A stretch of 16,445 nt of DNA from Gemmatimonadota bacterium (GTDB taxonomy: Bacteria; Gemmatimonadota; Gemmatimonadetes; Palauibacterales; Palauibacteraceae), in contig JBDHAC010000081.1 of the NCBI GenBank assembly GCA_039588275.1, positions 1-16,445 on the forward strand, in the 5' to 3' direction. Shown here piece by piece: positions 14,421 through 16,445 of this stretch (positions are counted from its first letter, which is position 1; every line of letters begins with the position of its first letter). Under the pieces are notes generated by a model. The model saw only the letters and a program-made list of their open reading frames with translations, made no database searches and was not told the origin of the DNA. Position numbers and translations under genes: made by a program.

Positions 14421-16445
14421 ACGCTACCACCGCTACTCGTGGCCGCCGTAGCGCTGGCCGGTGGTGACCTCCTCGGGCTGTGGGTGGGAGGGTCGGCCCC
14501 GCCTGGTGGCTCCACCATGGCCGCGGCGACCGATGCGGCCGCGATCATGCTCGGGCTGCTCGCCGCCTCCTGGATCGTCTTGCGGCTCCGTGCGGGGTCT
14601 CCGCAATCGCCGCTCGGACCGGCCGCTTCCCATCTCGCACCATCGACACATACCGCTCCAGCCATCCTCCTGATCGCGCTGTCGGGATTCGCGATCGGGC
14701 GGACTGCGGGAGCGTCGATCGCCCGTTCGTGCGTAGTCGAGTTGCGAGGCGGGGAGGATCTCGCCGCGCGTGGGATCCTTTTGGATCCCGTCCCCGCAAG
14801 AGCTGCCGGGGGGCGTCGCCGGCCGGTCGCGGTGCGTCTGGCGGCGCCGGTGCTGGCTCATAGTGGACGGCGCTGTCGTGTAGCCCGGCTCCGCGCGCGC
14901 GTGTGGCCGAACGACATGGCCGTCTCCTCCGGCGCGGCGGTCGCGCTCAGCGGCGTGTGGCGATCCTACCCTCGCCCCCGTTCACTCCCCACGACTCCCG
15001 ACCGCCTGGGGTACATCCAGGGCGAGCTCCTCGCGGCGGAAGGTGGGCCGAGCTCGATCGAGAGTCTGGCGGTATCCACCCGGCTGGCCCGGTTCGCCGC
15101 GCTTCTTCGAGAAACGGCCGCTCGCCGGTTGGACGAATCGCTGTCGCCCGATGTCGTCGCCACCGGCAAGGCCCTGATTCTGGCGGACCGAGCATCGCTC
15201 GATCCTGACGTGCGAGGCCGGTTCACGGACGCCGGAATCGGACACCTCCTCGCGATATCCGGCCTGCACATCGGCGCGCTGGCGGGTGGCGTACTGTGGT
15301 GCCTCGGCCTGTGGACGCGGCACTGGCGGCGCTACCTGATCGCCGTGGTAGGGACGGGTCTGTACGTGCTGCTCATCGGCGCACCCCCCTCGGCAGTGCG
15401 TGCCTTTCTGCTGTTCGCCGGATACGCGGCGACTCGGCTGCGCGGTGCGCCCGCGAGCCTCGCCGACCTGGCCGGTCTCGCCGGGGCCATCGCGCTCCTG
15501 GCGGATCCGCTCGTTCTGCTGCACCCGAGCTTCCAGCTGTCGTTCGCCGGTTTCACGGGGATCGTCGCCGGCCGAGCCGCTGCACGCGGTCTGTTCAAGC
15601 GTCTCGATTCGCGTTCCGACCAGCGGATGAGCCGACGCTGGCTGTCGCCGGCCATCGCCGTCGCTTCGAGCTTCGCGGCCTTCTTGTTCACGGCCCCATT
15701 TGCCGCGGCTCACTTCGGGCGCATCGTCCCCGCGGCCGTCTTCAGCAGCCTCCTCGGCTCGGGTCTCGTCGCGTTGGCTCTCCCGGCCCTCATCCTGACA
15801 CTCGCGCTCCCGGCCTGGATGGCCGATTGGACCGGTGGGGCGGCTACGTCCGCGCTGCGACTACTCGATGCGCTGGCGGCGCGCTTCGCGGCCCTGCCTC
15901 TCCACTGGGACACGCCTCCGCTCGGAGTGGCGGGGTGGCTGATCCTGGCGGCGATCGTCACGTGTTCGGTCTTCCTTCATGCTCGCCGGCGTATCGCCGC
16001 GATCCTCGTCGCATCCAGCGCGTGCGTCGCGTGGATCGCCATGCCCGGGCTTCTGCGCTGGCTTGATCGCGGGAGCACGACCGTCTGCTCGCTCGACGTG
16101 GGGCAGGGCGACGCCGCCGCCATCCGCACGCGCCGCGGGCGCTGGATCCTGATCGACAGTGGACCTGGGTCTCGCTTCCTGGCCGGGTCGTCCACATCTC
16201 GACCATTCCGTACCGATCCTCGATATGGGGACGCGGGGATCAGTGCCATCGTTCCGTTCTTGCGTGCCCGCGGCGTGCGCGAAGTCGAGTTGCTCGTTCT
16301 CTCCCACCCACACCTGGACCACTTCGGGGGGAGCGCCGCGGTGTTCGATGCGTTCCGCGTTCGCCGCGTTCTCGATCCGGGGTTTGCCGAGCCGAGCCCG
16401 GCCTATCTGGCGTTCTTGGATCGAGTGCATGAAGAGGGGGCGCTG
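14421..16445 (+). CDS. comEC: DNA internalization competence protein ComEC/Rec2 (3' truncated by window)
   Basis: Hand translation of the frame open from 14388 to window end: FTDAGIGHLLAISGLHIG, GAPPSAVRA, PSFQLSF (Competence domain), LDVGQGDA, LIDSG, SHPHLDHFGG (metallo-beta-lactamase domain). Start uncertain: ACG 14421, GTG 14439 or later. Confidence 0.93.

Overview
High-GC bacterial chromosomal segment, densely coding, with 19 plausible CDSs. The gene style suggests Gemmatimonadota, but that is inference only. Left half: 3' end of an S9 peptidase, two DinB-family proteins, a short PLP Ser/Thr dehydratase, several small membrane or secreted hypotheticals, a MOSC protein and a lipoprotein alpha/beta hydrolase. 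Centre: mazG divergent from an overlapping run of alr, cdd, a lipoprotein and an outer-membrane beta-barrel. Right: an alpha/beta hydrolase, miaB, a LapA-domain protein and a 5'-portion of comEC that runs off the window and is missing from the supplied ORF track. I see no mobile element, CRISPR array, tRNA or rRNA, and no clearly new multi-gene system. Most notable unexplained signals: (1) a degenerate tandem array of ten 16/17-bp units that fills the gap between two convergent stop codons (11554-11716); (2) the uncharacterised lipoprotein + beta-barrel pair coupled to alr/cdd; (3) a strong Shine-Dalgarno pointing at an ACG codon at the head of comEC; (4) structured intergenic regions at about 3284-3379 and 3644-3787.
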